DNA from: Planctomycetota bacterium
GTDB lineage: Bacteria; Planctomycetota; Phycisphaerae; Phycisphaerales; UBA5793
Direction: 5' to 3'
Assembly (NCBI GenBank): GCA_013112555.1
Contig: JABFGK010000001.1
Location: 1,026,581-1,090,580 of the forward strand
Length of the DNA: 64,000 nt
The notes beneath the pieces were generated by a model. It saw nothing but the letters and a program-made list of their open reading frames with translations. It made no database searches and had not been told where the DNA came from. Position numbers and translations under genes: made by a program. Each line of letters opens with the position of its first letter. The stretch's first letter is position 1. Positions 18,165 through 27,414 of the stretch are shown one piece after another.

Positions 18165-18460
18165 TGTGTGGCACTTCGTCCGCCCTCCGGGCGGGGTGTG
18201 TTCGTGGAGCGTGCCCTGTCCGGCGGCTGACCTCCCCCAACCGCCGGCTACGGTCGTGCGCCCTGTCGGGCGAGGGAGGAGTGAAGATGGATTCCCGCGT
18301 TCGCGGGAATGACGGAGGAGTGAGGAAACATTGCATGATGCTTGCGCATCATTATCCTCCCGGCAGAGCCGGTGCGTATGGCACGAAGTGCCATGCAGCG
18401 ATCTCATCGTGATTTAGCGGCACGTTGTCCCGCCGCCCCCCGGCAGAGCCGGGGCGAACC
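18165..18460 (-). repeat. Hairpin-repeat mosaic, reverse-complement copy of the 9128-9400 composite (G, F, D, B, P) plus an extra P
   Basis: The reverse complement of 18165-18385 aligns module by module with 9128-9400 (see findings). GGATTCCCGCGTTCGCGGGAATGACGG at ~18288-18314; ATGATGCTTGCGCATCAT ~18336-18353; CCCGGCAGAGCCGG twice. Confidence 0.8.
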
Positions 18461-18671
18461 CACGCGCGTGTCCGATTGTGTGTGAGACGGGACATGCCGA
18501 TATGCCAAACCGACGGTAGAAGTAACGGTGCGGGATTGGGTGAATCGTGCGGAATCGTGTATAAATGGATTCGCCCTAATGGTTCGGGAGGCATTGAATG
18601 CATTGGCAGCGGGAGAAATCGGCTCGATCACTTCCATCCGCGTGGATGCGTTCTGACAGTGGAGGTGTGTG

Positions 18672-19277
18672 ATGATGGATATCTTTTTCTCTGAAGCAGC
18701 CGGTTGGTTTACCCTTCCGGCAGCGGTCGGAACATTTTTCTTCGTCCTGCGATTGGTTCTGATGCTGGTGGCCGGCGATGTGCACGACGGTGTGAGCGAT
18801 GGTGATATCGGTGCCGATGGATTTGACGGGCATGTCGGCGACGGCGGGCATGATCACCCGGATTCATCGCAGTCATTCAAAGTTCTGTCGATCCAGGCGG
18901 TCGCCACGTTCCTGATGGGTTTCGGGTGGGGCGGGCTTGGTGCGTATCGCGGATCTGATCTGGATCTGGTCCCGAGCCTGGCAATTGCCGTCCTGTTCGG
19001 GGCCGGCATGGTCTGGCTGTTGAGCGTGCTGCTGAAGTTCGTTTATGGGCTAGAAAGCAGTGGGAACATTTCGATCCGCAGTGCGCTGGGACGGAGCGGT
19101 GTGGTCTATGTGACGGTGCCGGCGGAGCGCTCCGGGCGCGGGCAGGTGAAGGTGACGGTGAACGGTCGGCAGCGGATTTTCAATGCAGTCTGTGAAGGTG
19201 AGGCGTTGACGACTCGGACACCGGTCAAGGTGGTCGATGTCAATGCAGATAATACGCTGACCGTCTCGGCATCGTGA
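18672..19277 (+). CDS. NfeD/YqiJ-like membrane protein (partner of flotillin)
   Basis: GGAGG 6 nt before ATG 18672. N-terminal TMs, an acidic Asp/Gly/His loop, and a C-terminal NfeD-type beta-barrel (GRSGVVYVTVPAERSGRGQVKVTVNGRQRIFNAV). It lies immediately upstream of a flotillin gene, as in yqiJ-yqiK pairs. Confidence 0.8.
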   Translation: MMDIFFSEAAGWFTLPAAVGTFFFVLRLVLMLVAGDVHDGVSDGDIGADGFDGHVGDGGHDHPDSSQSFKVLSIQAVATFLMGFGWGGLGAYRGSDLDLVPSLAIAVLFGAGMVWLLSVLLKFVYGLESSGNISIRSALGRSGVVYVTVPAERSGRGQVKVTVNGRQRIFNAVCEGEALTTRTPVKVVDVNADNTLTVSAS

Positions 19278-19379
19278 GCGGCGGGTCAGCCTGTGGATGG
19301 ATTCGATATACTTTGAATGCACGCCCAACGGCTCGTCGAATGCTGTCGGGGTGACACACACGTGGCAAGGAGAGGCACA

Positions 19380-21098
19380 ATGATATCAGATTGGTTGCCG
19401 ACGGTGGTACTCGGGGCATCGGTTGAGGGGATGAAAGGACTGATCTGGCTTGGCAGCATTTTCGCGTTCTGCCTGATGATCATTTTCTTCATTGTTTTTA
19501 CGGTCAAGCAGTACAAGCGGTGCCCGAGTAACCGTGTGCTTGTGGTGTTTGGCAAGGTGGGCGGCGCACGAGCAGCCAAGTGTCTGCACGGCGGCGGCGT
19601 ATTCGTGGTTCCACTGGTGCAGGATTATGAATACCTGAGTCTTGAGCCTTTGACGATTGAGATTCCGCTCGAAGGCGCGCTGTCGTTAAACAACATCCGG
19701 GTGAACGTGCCGTCCACGTTTACAGTCGGTATCTCGACGGACCCGGTGCTGATGAGCAATGCAGCCGAGCGTTTGCTGATGCTCAATGAGCCGAAGATCA
19801 AAGAGCAGGCGCAGGACATCATTCTGGGCCAGTTGCGTTTGGTGATTGCGACCTTGTCGATCGAGGAGATCAACAAGGATCGTGAGAAGTTCATGGCGTT
19901 GATCAACGAGAATGTGACGCAGGAAATCAACAAGATCGGCCTTGAGCTGATCAACGTGAACATCCGTGACATTACGGACGAGAGCGGGTATATTCAGGCG
20001 ATCGGCCAGCGGGCGGCCGCGGAGGCGATTAACCGTGCCAAGGTTGAGGTGGCTGAGCAGGATCGTGACGGGGCCACCGGGCAGGCCGTGGCGGTGCGAG
20101 AGCAGACGGTGAACGTGGCTCGCGAGCGGGCCACGGCGGTGGAGGGTGAGAAGAAGGCTGAGCGTGGCCAGCGTGTGACCGTGGCGTCATTGGAGGCCGA
20201 GGCCGTCACGGGTGAGGTCGAGTCGAAGCGGGACCGTGAAATCGCAACCGCCCAGCGCGATGCGGAAACGGTCGCAGCCCGCAAACAGGCTGAGCAGGAG
20301 CAGCGAGTTGCCGTGGCGGATGCGGAGTCGCTGGCGGTGCAGGGTGAGAATACGGCCCGTGCTCAGATTGCCGATTCGAATGCGAAACTGGCCGAGATTC
20401 AGGCATCGGCGGATCAGCGGGCCGATGTGGCAGCAGCCAAGGCCCGTGAGGCGATTCTGCTGGCTGAACGCGAACGGGAACTGGCCCGGTTGAGCAAGGA
20501 GCAGTTGGCGCCGCAGGAGATTGATAAGCAACTGATCGAGATCGCTGCCGAGGCTGAGGCCGAGAAACTGCGTCGCGAGGCCCGTGGCGAGGCCGATGCG
20601 ATTCTGGCCCGCTATACCGCCGAGGCTGAAGGTGTGCGGAAGGTGCTCGAAGCGAAGGCGATCGGGTACCGTGAGTTGGTCGGTGCGTGTGTCGAGAACC
20701 CGCAGATTGCCCCGACGTTGCTGATGATCGAGAAACTGCCTGAACTCGTGGCCGAGCAGGTCAAGGCGATTCAGAATCTGAAGATCGACAAGATCACGGT
20801 CTGGGATTCTGGTCGGAACGGCCAGGGGAATGCCGAGGGATCGACGGCCGGCTTTTTGTCGAGTCTGATCGGGTCGCTGCCGGCGATGCACGAACTGGCC
20901 AACCAGGCCGGGATCGAGTTGCCGAGCGTGCTGGGCAGGTTGAGTGACCAGCAGGACGGCCGGGTTGGGAATGAGTATGCATCGGCGAAGCCGGTCGTGA
21001 ACGTCAGAAGCCATGATGATGGCACGGCCGCCGGTGATGATCCTGATGATGGGGCAGCCGGCAGCGGCGGCAAGCCGAAGCGTGGTAATCAGGCGTAG
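19380..21098 (+). CDS. Flotillin / SPFH (band-7) domain protein
   Basis: AAGGAGAGG RBS then ATG 19380. N-terminal TM, SPFH core (VVFGKVGG...FVVPLVQDYEYLSLEPLTIEIPL), and long Ala/Glu-rich coiled coil flotillin repeats. Confidence 0.9.
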   Translation: MISDWLPTVVLGASVEGMKGLIWLGSIFAFCLMIIFFIVFTVKQYKRCPSNRVLVVFGKVGGARAAKCLHGGGVFVVPLVQDYEYLSLEPLTIEIPLEGALSLNNIRVNVPSTFTVGISTDPVLMSNAAERLLMLNEPKIKEQAQDIILGQLRLVIATLSIEEINKDREKFMALINENVTQEINKIGLELINVNIRDITDESGYIQAIGQRAAAEAINRAKVEVAEQDRDGATGQAVAVREQTVNVARERATAVEGEKKAERGQRVTVASLEAEAVTGEVESKRDREIATAQRDAETVAARKQAEQEQRVAVADAESLAVQGENTARAQIADSNAKLAEIQASADQRADVAAAKAREAILLAERERELARLSKEQLAPQEIDKQLIEIAAEAEAEKLRREARGEADAILARYTAEAEGVRKVLEAKAIGYRELVGACVENPQIAPTLLMIEKLPELVAEQVKAIQNLKIDKITVWDSGRNGQGNAEGSTAGFLSSLIGSLPAMHELANQAGIELPSVLGRLSDQQDGRVGNEYASAKPVVNVRSHDDGTAAGDDPDDGAAGSGGKPKRGNQA

Positions 21099-21161
21099 TG
21101 TGCGATCCGGCTGGGGGGCTGTACGCGCAGCCGGGAGCAATGGGCGTGATTTGAGAATGAC

Positions 21162-21198
21162 CCGGACAATCCGCGATGCGGCTTGTCCGGCTTTTTTT
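21162..21198 (+). terminator. Rho-independent terminator after the flotillin gene (A-family hairpin plus T-tract)
   Basis: CCGGACAA-tccgcgatgcggc-TTGTCCGG (21162-21190) followed by CTTTTTTTGT. Confidence 0.65.
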
Positions 21199-21229
21199 GT
21201 CCCAAGCGGTGATTGGCGTCAGGGGGGGA

Positions 21230-21973
21230 TCAGTTGGTGTCGGTGGGTTTGTTGAGCAGGAGGCCGGTCAGGGCCAGGACGGCCCCGGCGCCGATGACCC
21301 AGAGTCGGCGTGGGTTGGGTCGGAGTGAGGCATCGCTCGGGGTCGGCGTGGCTTCGTACTCGGAAGTCGTCGTCGTTGTGGTCGTGGCCACAATCAAAGG
21401 GTCGTCGTGACGCGTCGTGAGGGCCACCGGCGAACACCAGCGGCGGAGTATCGTGTTCTTGTACTCCGGGGCCGGCACCGGGTCACGGGGGACGATCGTA
21501 TCTGAGATCCACTGATCGACCCGTGCATCAAGCGATACGCCGACGATGGCCAGCGCTTCGGCATCGGACGGGATCTGGTTGAAGTAGGCAGCGGCCAGCC
21601 GTTCGACGAGGACGGGGTCAGCGTCGATCACTTCATCCTGGAATCGGCAATAGGCCTCGAGCATGTCGAGGGCAGCCAGTTCGTCCTGTTCGAGGACGGC
21701 GGTCTGGTAGTCGAGTTGGGCCAGGGTGTCGGCCGGCGGGATGAGGATGGCAGCCGATATGAGGGCCAGCCCGGTGAGCAGGAAGAGCCAGCCGGGGTCG
21801 ATGACGGCGCGCAGCAGGCGATGATGCCGGGGGGCAGGCGGCACCGGCGGTGAATGGCGAGGATCGTGGATTCGGTCGTGACTGGTGGTCATCCTCATCA
21901 TCATCGGTTGCGGGTCGGATTGGTCATGAATGGGAGGGGCGGCTAGTGTGAGCCGGGAGTTGTGAATGGTCAT
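21230..21973 (-). CDS. Hypothetical membrane protein (two TM segments, Thr-rich linker)
   Basis: 247-aa ORF with TMs WLFLLTGLALISAAILI and LWVIGAGAVLALTGLLL and a T7 run. The start is uncertain: ATG 21973 overlaps the divergent ORF start, and ATGs at 21904-21892 are alternatives. Confidence 0.5.
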   Translation of the reverse strand: MTIHNSRLTLAAPPIHDQSDPQPMMMRMTTSHDRIHDPRHSPPVPPAPRHHRLLRAVIDPGWLFLLTGLALISAAILIPPADTLAQLDYQTAVLEQDELAALDMLEAYCRFQDEVIDADPVLVERLAAAYFNQIPSDAEALAIVGVSLDARVDQWISDTIVPRDPVPAPEYKNTILRRWCSPVALTTRHDDPLIVATTTTTTTSEYEATPTPSDASLRPNPRRLWVIGAGAVLALTGLLLNKPTDTN

Positions 21974-22056
21974 GATGAATGATGCGCATCGTCAAACTGA
22001 ACAGGCCCTCGCCTCCAGCCTGTCTCCCGAGGGGAGCGGTGAGGTGGAAGAGGTGG

Positions 22057-22245
22057 GACAGGAGGAGCCCGCTCCCTCACGGTCGCGGCTCGTCGGCGAG
22101 GGGGGACAGAAGGAGCCCGCTCCCTCACGGTCGCGGCTTGTCGGAGAGGTGGAACAGAAGGAGCCCGCTCCCTCACGGTCGCGGCTCGTCGGCGAGGGGG
22201 GACAGAAGGAGCCCGCTCCCTCACGGTCGCGGCTTGTCGGAGTGA
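22057..22245 (+). repeat. Four tandem copies of a 48-bp unit containing a GAGCC(C)GC...GCGGCTC hairpin
   Basis: GAGCCCGCTCCCTCACGGTCGCGGCT starts at 22065, 22113, 22161 and 22209 (period exactly 48). Translated it reads EPAPSRSRLVGEGGQK x4 on + and RAATVRERAPSVPP x4 on -. Confidence 0.85.
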
Positions 22246-23156
22246 CGGGCGAGACGCCTGTGCCACTGAAGAGTCGCTGCGGGTATGACCTGGTGGCTGT
22301 GGATCTGGATGGGACGCTGTTTGATCGGGATGGGCACATCAGCAAGCGGAATCTGGCAGCCGTGGCTCGGGCGCGGGAAGCCGGAGTACACGTCGTCGTG
22401 TGTACCGGCCGGAGTCTGTCAGAGGCGGCCGGGTCATTGGACCCGCTGCAGATTGACGGGCCGGTGATCACGGCCGGGGGGGCGATGACGGTTGATGCGG
22501 TGAGCGGCCGAACGATGCTGCGGGCGGACATGCCGGACGAGTTGGTGGTTCGGCTTACGCGGTTTCTATGCGGTCGCAGTGATCATGCGGTCCTGTTGCT
22601 GAAGGATCGTTTTGAGACCGGGGTTGACTATCTGGTGGTTGGAGATGGGCTGCTGGACCCGGCCAGCGAGTGGTGGTTTGCGAATATGCCGGTCGTGGTT
22701 GAGCGTGTGGGCGAGATTGGGGACGATCCGTATGCCGGTCACACCGTTCGGGTCGGGCTGGTGAAGCCGGCACGGGCGATGGCGGGTGTGGTGCGAGAAT
22801 TGGGCACTGTATTCGGCAATGAGGTGTTTCTGCATCACTTCCCGGCGTTGAAGGGGGCTGAGGACGGGCCGGGCCGGCTCGATCAATCGGTTCATTTGCT
22901 GGAGGTGTTCTCGCCGGAGACGAACAAGTGGAGTGCGGTGGCCGGTCTTGCGGGTCAGTACGGAATTCCAACATCGCGAGTCGCTGCGATCGGTGATGAG
23001 CACAATGATCTGGCCATGATTGATGGGGCGGGGCTTGGGATCGCGATGGGCAATGCGATTGAATCGATCAAGCATGCGGCCCAGCGTGTGACGGATGACA
23101 ATGAGCATGACGGGGTGGCAACGGCGCTGGAGCGGATTCTGTCCGGCGAGTGGTAG
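22242..23156 (+). CDS. HAD-IIB (Cof-type) phosphatase
   Basis: Motif I DLVAVDLDGTL, motif II VVCTGRS, motif IV IGDEHNDLAMIDGAGLGIAMGNA. The ORF is open from ATG 21966, but that N-terminus consists of the tandem repeat. The true start is probably a GTG at 22242, 22260 or 22293 (uncertain). Confidence 0.8.
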   Translation: MTGETPVPLKSRCGYDLVAVDLDGTLFDRDGHISKRNLAAVARAREAGVHVVVCTGRSLSEAAGSLDPLQIDGPVITAGGAMTVDAVSGRTMLRADMPDELVVRLTRFLCGRSDHAVLLLKDRFETGVDYLVVGDGLLDPASEWWFANMPVVVERVGEIGDDPYAGHTVRVGLVKPARAMAGVVRELGTVFGNEVFLHHFPALKGAEDGPGRLDQSVHLLEVFSPETNKWSAVAGLAGQYGIPTSRVAAIGDEHNDLAMIDGAGLGIAMGNAIESIKHAAQRVTDDNEHDGVATALERILSGEW

Positions 23157-23202
23157 TATTATGGCAGTATGACTCGACACATTAATGGATGGCTGGAGCA
23201 GC

Positions 23203-23853
23203 ATGGACATTTACGTTGATACCGCAAATCTGGATGAGATCAGGCAGGCCGCAGACCTCGGGATTCTTGACGGCGTGACGACGAACCCGTCGCTGGTGGC
23301 CAAGGAGGGGGCTGAGTTTCACCCTCATCTTGCCAAGATCTGTGAGATCGTGAGCGGCCCGGTATCGGCTGAGGTGACCGCAACGGATGCAGCCGGGATG
23401 GCCAGCCAGGGCGAGGAGTTGTCGAGGATCGCTTCGAACATCGTTATCAAGTGCCCGTGCACGGTCGCCGGGCTGAAGGCGTGTAAGGCACTTGCTGACA
23501 AAGAGATACGGACGAATATGACATTGTGTTTCCAGCCGTCACAGGCATGGCTGGTGGCCAAGGCGGGGGCGTTTCTGGTGAGCCCGTTTCTTGGCCGGAT
23601 CGATGACATCTCCGGTGACGGGGTGGAACTGATCCACCAGATTCGCCAGATCTACGACAACTACGGGTATGAGACGAAGATCCTGGCTGCCTCGCTGCGC
23701 CACCCGAAGCACGTCGTTGATGTCGCGTTGGCCGGTGCTGATGTGGCCACCATCCCGTTCGGGGTGATCAAGCAGTTAATGAACCACCCGCTGACTGACA
23801 TCGGGCTATCCAAGTTCCTTGCAGACTGGGAGCGTCTGCAGGCCTCGCAATGA
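23203..23853 (+). CDS. tal: Transaldolase type 3B / fructose-6-phosphate aldolase family
   Basis: MDIYVDTANLDEIRQAADLGILDGVTTNPSL..., active-site region IVIKCP (Schiff-base Lys), SPFLGRIDD. About 216 aa, typical of the short Tal/Fsa subfamily. GGAG RBS before ATG 23203. Confidence 0.9.
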   Translation: MDIYVDTANLDEIRQAADLGILDGVTTNPSLVAKEGAEFHPHLAKICEIVSGPVSAEVTATDAAGMASQGEELSRIASNIVIKCPCTVAGLKACKALADKEIRTNMTLCFQPSQAWLVAKAGAFLVSPFLGRIDDISGDGVELIHQIRQIYDNYGYETKILAASLRHPKHVVDVALAGADVATIPFGVIKQLMNHPLTDIGLSKFLADWERLQASQ

Positions 23854-24186
23854 TGCCCTGATCGGACAATACGTGGTTGATTGCAGTAACGGGGGGGGAT
23901 GCGATTGGATTGTGCGAATCTTGTTGCTCCGTTCTGAGGCTTTGCCCTGCCTGCTGCATTGATTTTCAGCGGTCTGTTTCCATGTTCCGATAATGTTACT
24001 ATTGTGCAAGTGGTTTTGAGTTCGAAGGCTCGGTTTTGGAGCCACGGTTGCAGTTTTTGTGGTATGCTGGGTGATTGCTGAGTCTGAGTTGACGGCCTGC
24101 CGTGTGGGGGAGGCTGTCGGTCCGGCTTATCAGAATGTCGTTGTGTGGGGCAGCGGTTGCGTTTGAAACGAGGAGAGCAGACTGCT

Positions 24187-24792
24187 ATGTCGAGGGGCGA
24201 TTCGAATGGGAAACTGAGTCCTGGGGGCCGGCGACTGCCGAGCGGGCTGAATCGGCCGTCCCGGGCGGATCAAACTCGAATTGACGAGATGTTTGCGCAC
24301 TTGTACCCGGAGCTTCAGCGGCTGGCGGACCGGCACATGCGTCATGAGCGATCCGATCACACGCTGCAATCGACGGCGTTGGTGAACGAGGCGTATCTGA
24401 AGTTGTGCAGTCTGCTGCCGGAAACGTGGTCGGGTGAGTCGGATTTTCGGGCGGCAGTTTCGCGTGCGATGTATCAGGTTCTGGTGGACTATGCTCGTCG
24501 CAAGGAGGCCACGAAACGTGGCAAGGGACGGTTTGTGCTGGCCTTGAATGAGTCGGTCTCGGTCGGCTTGAGCGAGGATGTCGATGTGCTGCACTTGAAC
24601 GATTCGATGGAGGAGTTGTTATCGCTTGAGCCGCGTAGTTATCAGGTCGTGATCATGCGGTTCATCGGTGGGATGACGATTCCCGAGGTTGCGGGCGTTC
24701 TGGGGGTCTCGGCCCGGACGATTGAGCGCGACTGGCAGTTTGCTCGCTCCTGGCTTCGTCGTGAGATGCGCAGAGGAGATACACAGAAATGA
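24187..24792 (+). CDS. ECF-type sigma factor of the Ser/Thr-kinase-associated class
   Basis: AGGAGAG RBS then ATG 24187. MFAHLYPELQRLADRHMRHERSDHTLQSTALVNEAYLKL is the signature of the ECF family usually encoded next to STKs. Region 4 HTH is IPEVAGVLGVSARTIERDWQFARSWL. The stop overlaps the kinase ATG (ATGA). Confidence 0.85.
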   Translation: MSRGDSNGKLSPGGRRLPSGLNRPSRADQTRIDEMFAHLYPELQRLADRHMRHERSDHTLQSTALVNEAYLKLCSLLPETWSGESDFRAAVSRAMYQVLVDYARRKEATKRGKGRFVLALNESVSVGLSEDVDVLHLNDSMEELLSLEPRSYQVVIMRFIGGMTIPEVAGVLGVSARTIERDWQFARSWLRREMRRGDTQK

Positions 24793-27404
24793 CGCCTGAG
24801 GAAATGCAGCGGATCAAGGAGGTTTTTGATCAGGCTCTGCACGTTTCACAGGCGGAGCGCGCGTCTTTTCTGACCAAGGCTTGCGAAGGTGATGCGGCTC
24901 TTTTGAGTGAAGTGGAGTCGTTGCTGCGTCACCATGACGAGATTGACGGCTTCATGTCGACCAGCGCATTGGGCGTTGAGATTGAGAGCAACTGGGCAGC
25001 CGGTGCCGGGGGTGTTGCAGGCAGCGGGTCGGTGTCGGGTCGAATCGGCCGGTACAGTATTCGCCGGCTGATTGCGAGCGGAGGGATGGGGAGCGTATAT
25101 GAGGCGGTGCAGGAGCACCCGCATCGGGTGGTGGCATTGAAGGTGATGCGCCAGGGGATCACGTCGCGATCGGCGATGCGTCGTTTTGAGTATGAGGCAC
25201 AGATTCTGGCCCGACTCCGTCATCCGGGGATCTGCCAGATTTATGAGGCCGGCGTTCATATCGACCCGCACGCCAATGCTGACACAGCACAGCGGGACGA
25301 GGATGTGGGGGGAGGGGCCGGCGGTGTCCCATTCTTTGCCATGGAGTACATCCCGAACGCCCGGCCGATCACGGAATACGCTACCCAGCGCAAGTTATCG
25401 TTGCAGCAGCGGCTCACGTTGTTTCTTGAGGTCTGTGAATCGGCACATCACGGGCACCAGAAGGGCATCATTCATCGGGATTTGAAGCCTGGGAACATTC
25501 TGGTGGATTCGTCCGGTCAGCCGAAGATCATCGACTTCGGGGTGGCCAAGGCGACGGATTCGGACATGGCAGTGACGACGCTGCAGACGAATGTGGGGCA
25601 GTTGATCGGGACGTTGCAGTACATGAGTCCGGAGCAATGTGAAGCGGACCCGCACGACCTTGACATTCGGAGCGATGTGTATGCGTTGGGCGTGGTGCTG
25701 TATGAGTTGTTGTGCGATCAGCCGCCGTACAACCTGGCGCGGGTGCCGATCTATGAAGCGGCCCGGGTGATCCGGGAGCAGGATCCGACGAGGCCGAGTA
25801 TTGTTGTTCGGCAGCTGCGTGGGGATCTGGAGACGATCGCGCTGAAGGCATTGGCGAAAGATCGGGAGGATCGGTACCAGTCTGCTTTTGAGTTGGCGCG
25901 TGACATTCGCCGGTATATGAATGACGAACCGATTGACGCCCGGCCTCCCAGCGTTTTGTACCAGGTTCAGAAGTTTGCCTATCGGAATCGTCTGGCGCTG
26001 GGGGCGCTGTCGATCGTGTTTGCGGCCTTAGTGCTTGCGACGCTTGTGAGCCTGCGTTTTGCGGTTGAGAAGAATCGGTTGGCTGCCCAGGCCTTGAAGC
26101 AGCAGGAGATTGCTCGAGACCAGGCAGCGAAGGCCAAGGCGGTTGTCTCATTTCTGACCGATGATCTGCTTGGTGGGGCGGACCCGGCCTATCAGCCGGA
26201 CCGAGATGTCACGATGACTGAGGTGCTGGAGCGCACGGCTGCGACGATCGGCGAGAAGTTTGCCAAACAGCCGTTGACGCGGGCGGCGGTGCAGATGGCA
26301 GTGGGAACGATCTATCGTCGTCTCGGATTGTTGAATCAGGCAGAAACGCATCTGAGTGATGCGATTGACACTTTGGTGGAGGAGCACGGGCGCGAGCACC
26401 TGGATACGGTGGCAGCGCGTATAGAGCTGTCGTCTGTGTATCGTGACAGCGGCGACATATTCCTGGCAGGTGATCTGCTCCTGGAGGCACTCGAGGATCT
26501 TCACAACTCGGGTGCGGATGCACCAAGGGAGGAGTTCGATCTTCGACTCCGGCTCGCGCTGATCCGTCGTCATGTCGGGCAGCTGGAGGAAGCGCTGCGT
26601 CTGAGCCAGGAGGCATCGGCCCTGGCGCTGTCGCGTTTTCCGAAGCGTGAGGGGCTGCTCTTGCGTGCTTCGGAGAGTGAAGCGACGATCAAGCACGATC
26701 TCGGTCGAACCGAGGAGGCAGTCGAGACGCTGCAGCATGTGCTGAAACGTCGTCAGGAGACGGAGGTTGGTGACTCCAATACGCTGCTGACGGCGATGTA
26801 TCGAGTGGCAGCGGTTTTGACGGACATGGAGAAATACGAGGAGGCACTGGAGTTGGCCCAACAGACGTATGATGGCCGGCTGCGCGTGTTCCAGAGTCCG
26901 AGCCACATGCGGGTGCTCAATGCGCAGTTGCTCATCGCCCGCATTCACAGTCGGACCGGGCATCTCGACCAAGCCCGTCTCGAGTATGAGCAGGCTGTTG
27001 AAACGATGATGGGCAGCGACGAGATTGTTGCGAATCACTATGAACTGCTGCAGTGTCTCTGGGAGTTGTCGGATTTGTATCTGACGCTGGAGTTGGAGGA
27101 CGAGGCAGAGGGTGCGCTGACGAGGGCGATCGCATTGACGTCAATTACATCCACGTCCGAGCGATGGCATAAGTTCGTCGCTGGGTTGTGTCGCATGGAG
27201 TATGGGGAGTTCCTGCTCGAAGTGGGTCGGTATGCCGAGGCGGATCGTGAGTTGTCGGAATCGATCAATTCGTTGTCTTTGTTGCAGGCACAGTACGGTG
27301 AGGACAATCTGTATGTGAGCAAGGCGCGGCGATTGTATCTTTCGTTGCAGGATGAGTGGGGGGTGGTGATGATGATGATGGTGACGGGGAAATGGGGGGG
27401 GTAG
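24789..27404 (+). CDS. Ser/Thr protein kinase with transmembrane segment and C-terminal TPR domain
   Basis: Gly-loop IASGGMGSVYEA, VALK, HRDLKPGNILV, DFGVAK, SPEQ; TM LALGALSIVFAALVLATLVSL; about 450 aa of TPR-like repeats. Confidence 0.9.
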   Translation: MTPEEMQRIKEVFDQALHVSQAERASFLTKACEGDAALLSEVESLLRHHDEIDGFMSTSALGVEIESNWAAGAGGVAGSGSVSGRIGRYSIRRLIASGGMGSVYEAVQEHPHRVVALKVMRQGITSRSAMRRFEYEAQILARLRHPGICQIYEAGVHIDPHANADTAQRDEDVGGGAGGVPFFAMEYIPNARPITEYATQRKLSLQQRLTLFLEVCESAHHGHQKGIIHRDLKPGNILVDSSGQPKIIDFGVAKATDSDMAVTTLQTNVGQLIGTLQYMSPEQCEADPHDLDIRSDVYALGVVLYELLCDQPPYNLARVPIYEAARVIREQDPTRPSIVVRQLRGDLETIALKALAKDREDRYQSAFELARDIRRYMNDEPIDARPPSVLYQVQKFAYRNRLALGALSIVFAALVLATLVSLRFAVEKNRLAAQALKQQEIARDQAAKAKAVVSFLTDDLLGGADPAYQPDRDVTMTEVLERTAATIGEKFAKQPLTRAAVQMAVGTIYRRLGLLNQAETHLSDAIDTLVEEHGREHLDTVAARIELSSVYRDSGDIFLAGDLLLEALEDLHNSGADAPREEFDLRLRLALIRRHVGQLEEALRLSQEASALALSRFPKREGLLLRASESEATIKHDLGRTEEAVETLQHVLKRRQETEVGDSNTLLTAMYRVAAVLTDMEKYEEALELAQQTYDGRLRVFQSPSHMRVLNAQLLIARIHSRTGHLDQARLEYEQAVETMMGSDEIVANHYELLQCLWELSDLYLTLELEDEAEGALTRAIALTSITSTSERWHKFVAGLCRMEYGEFLLEVGRYAEADRELSESINSLSLLQAQYGEDNLYVSKARRLYLSLQDEWGVVMMMMVTGKWGG

Positions 27405-27414
27405 GGGGAGAGGA

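Noticed and set aside
21230-21350. C-terminal TM helix after a Thr-rich linker as a possible PEP-CTERM sorting signal
   Set aside because: There is no PEP motif before the helix and no Arg-rich cluster after it (the protein ends LLLNKPTDTN). It does not fit the signal.
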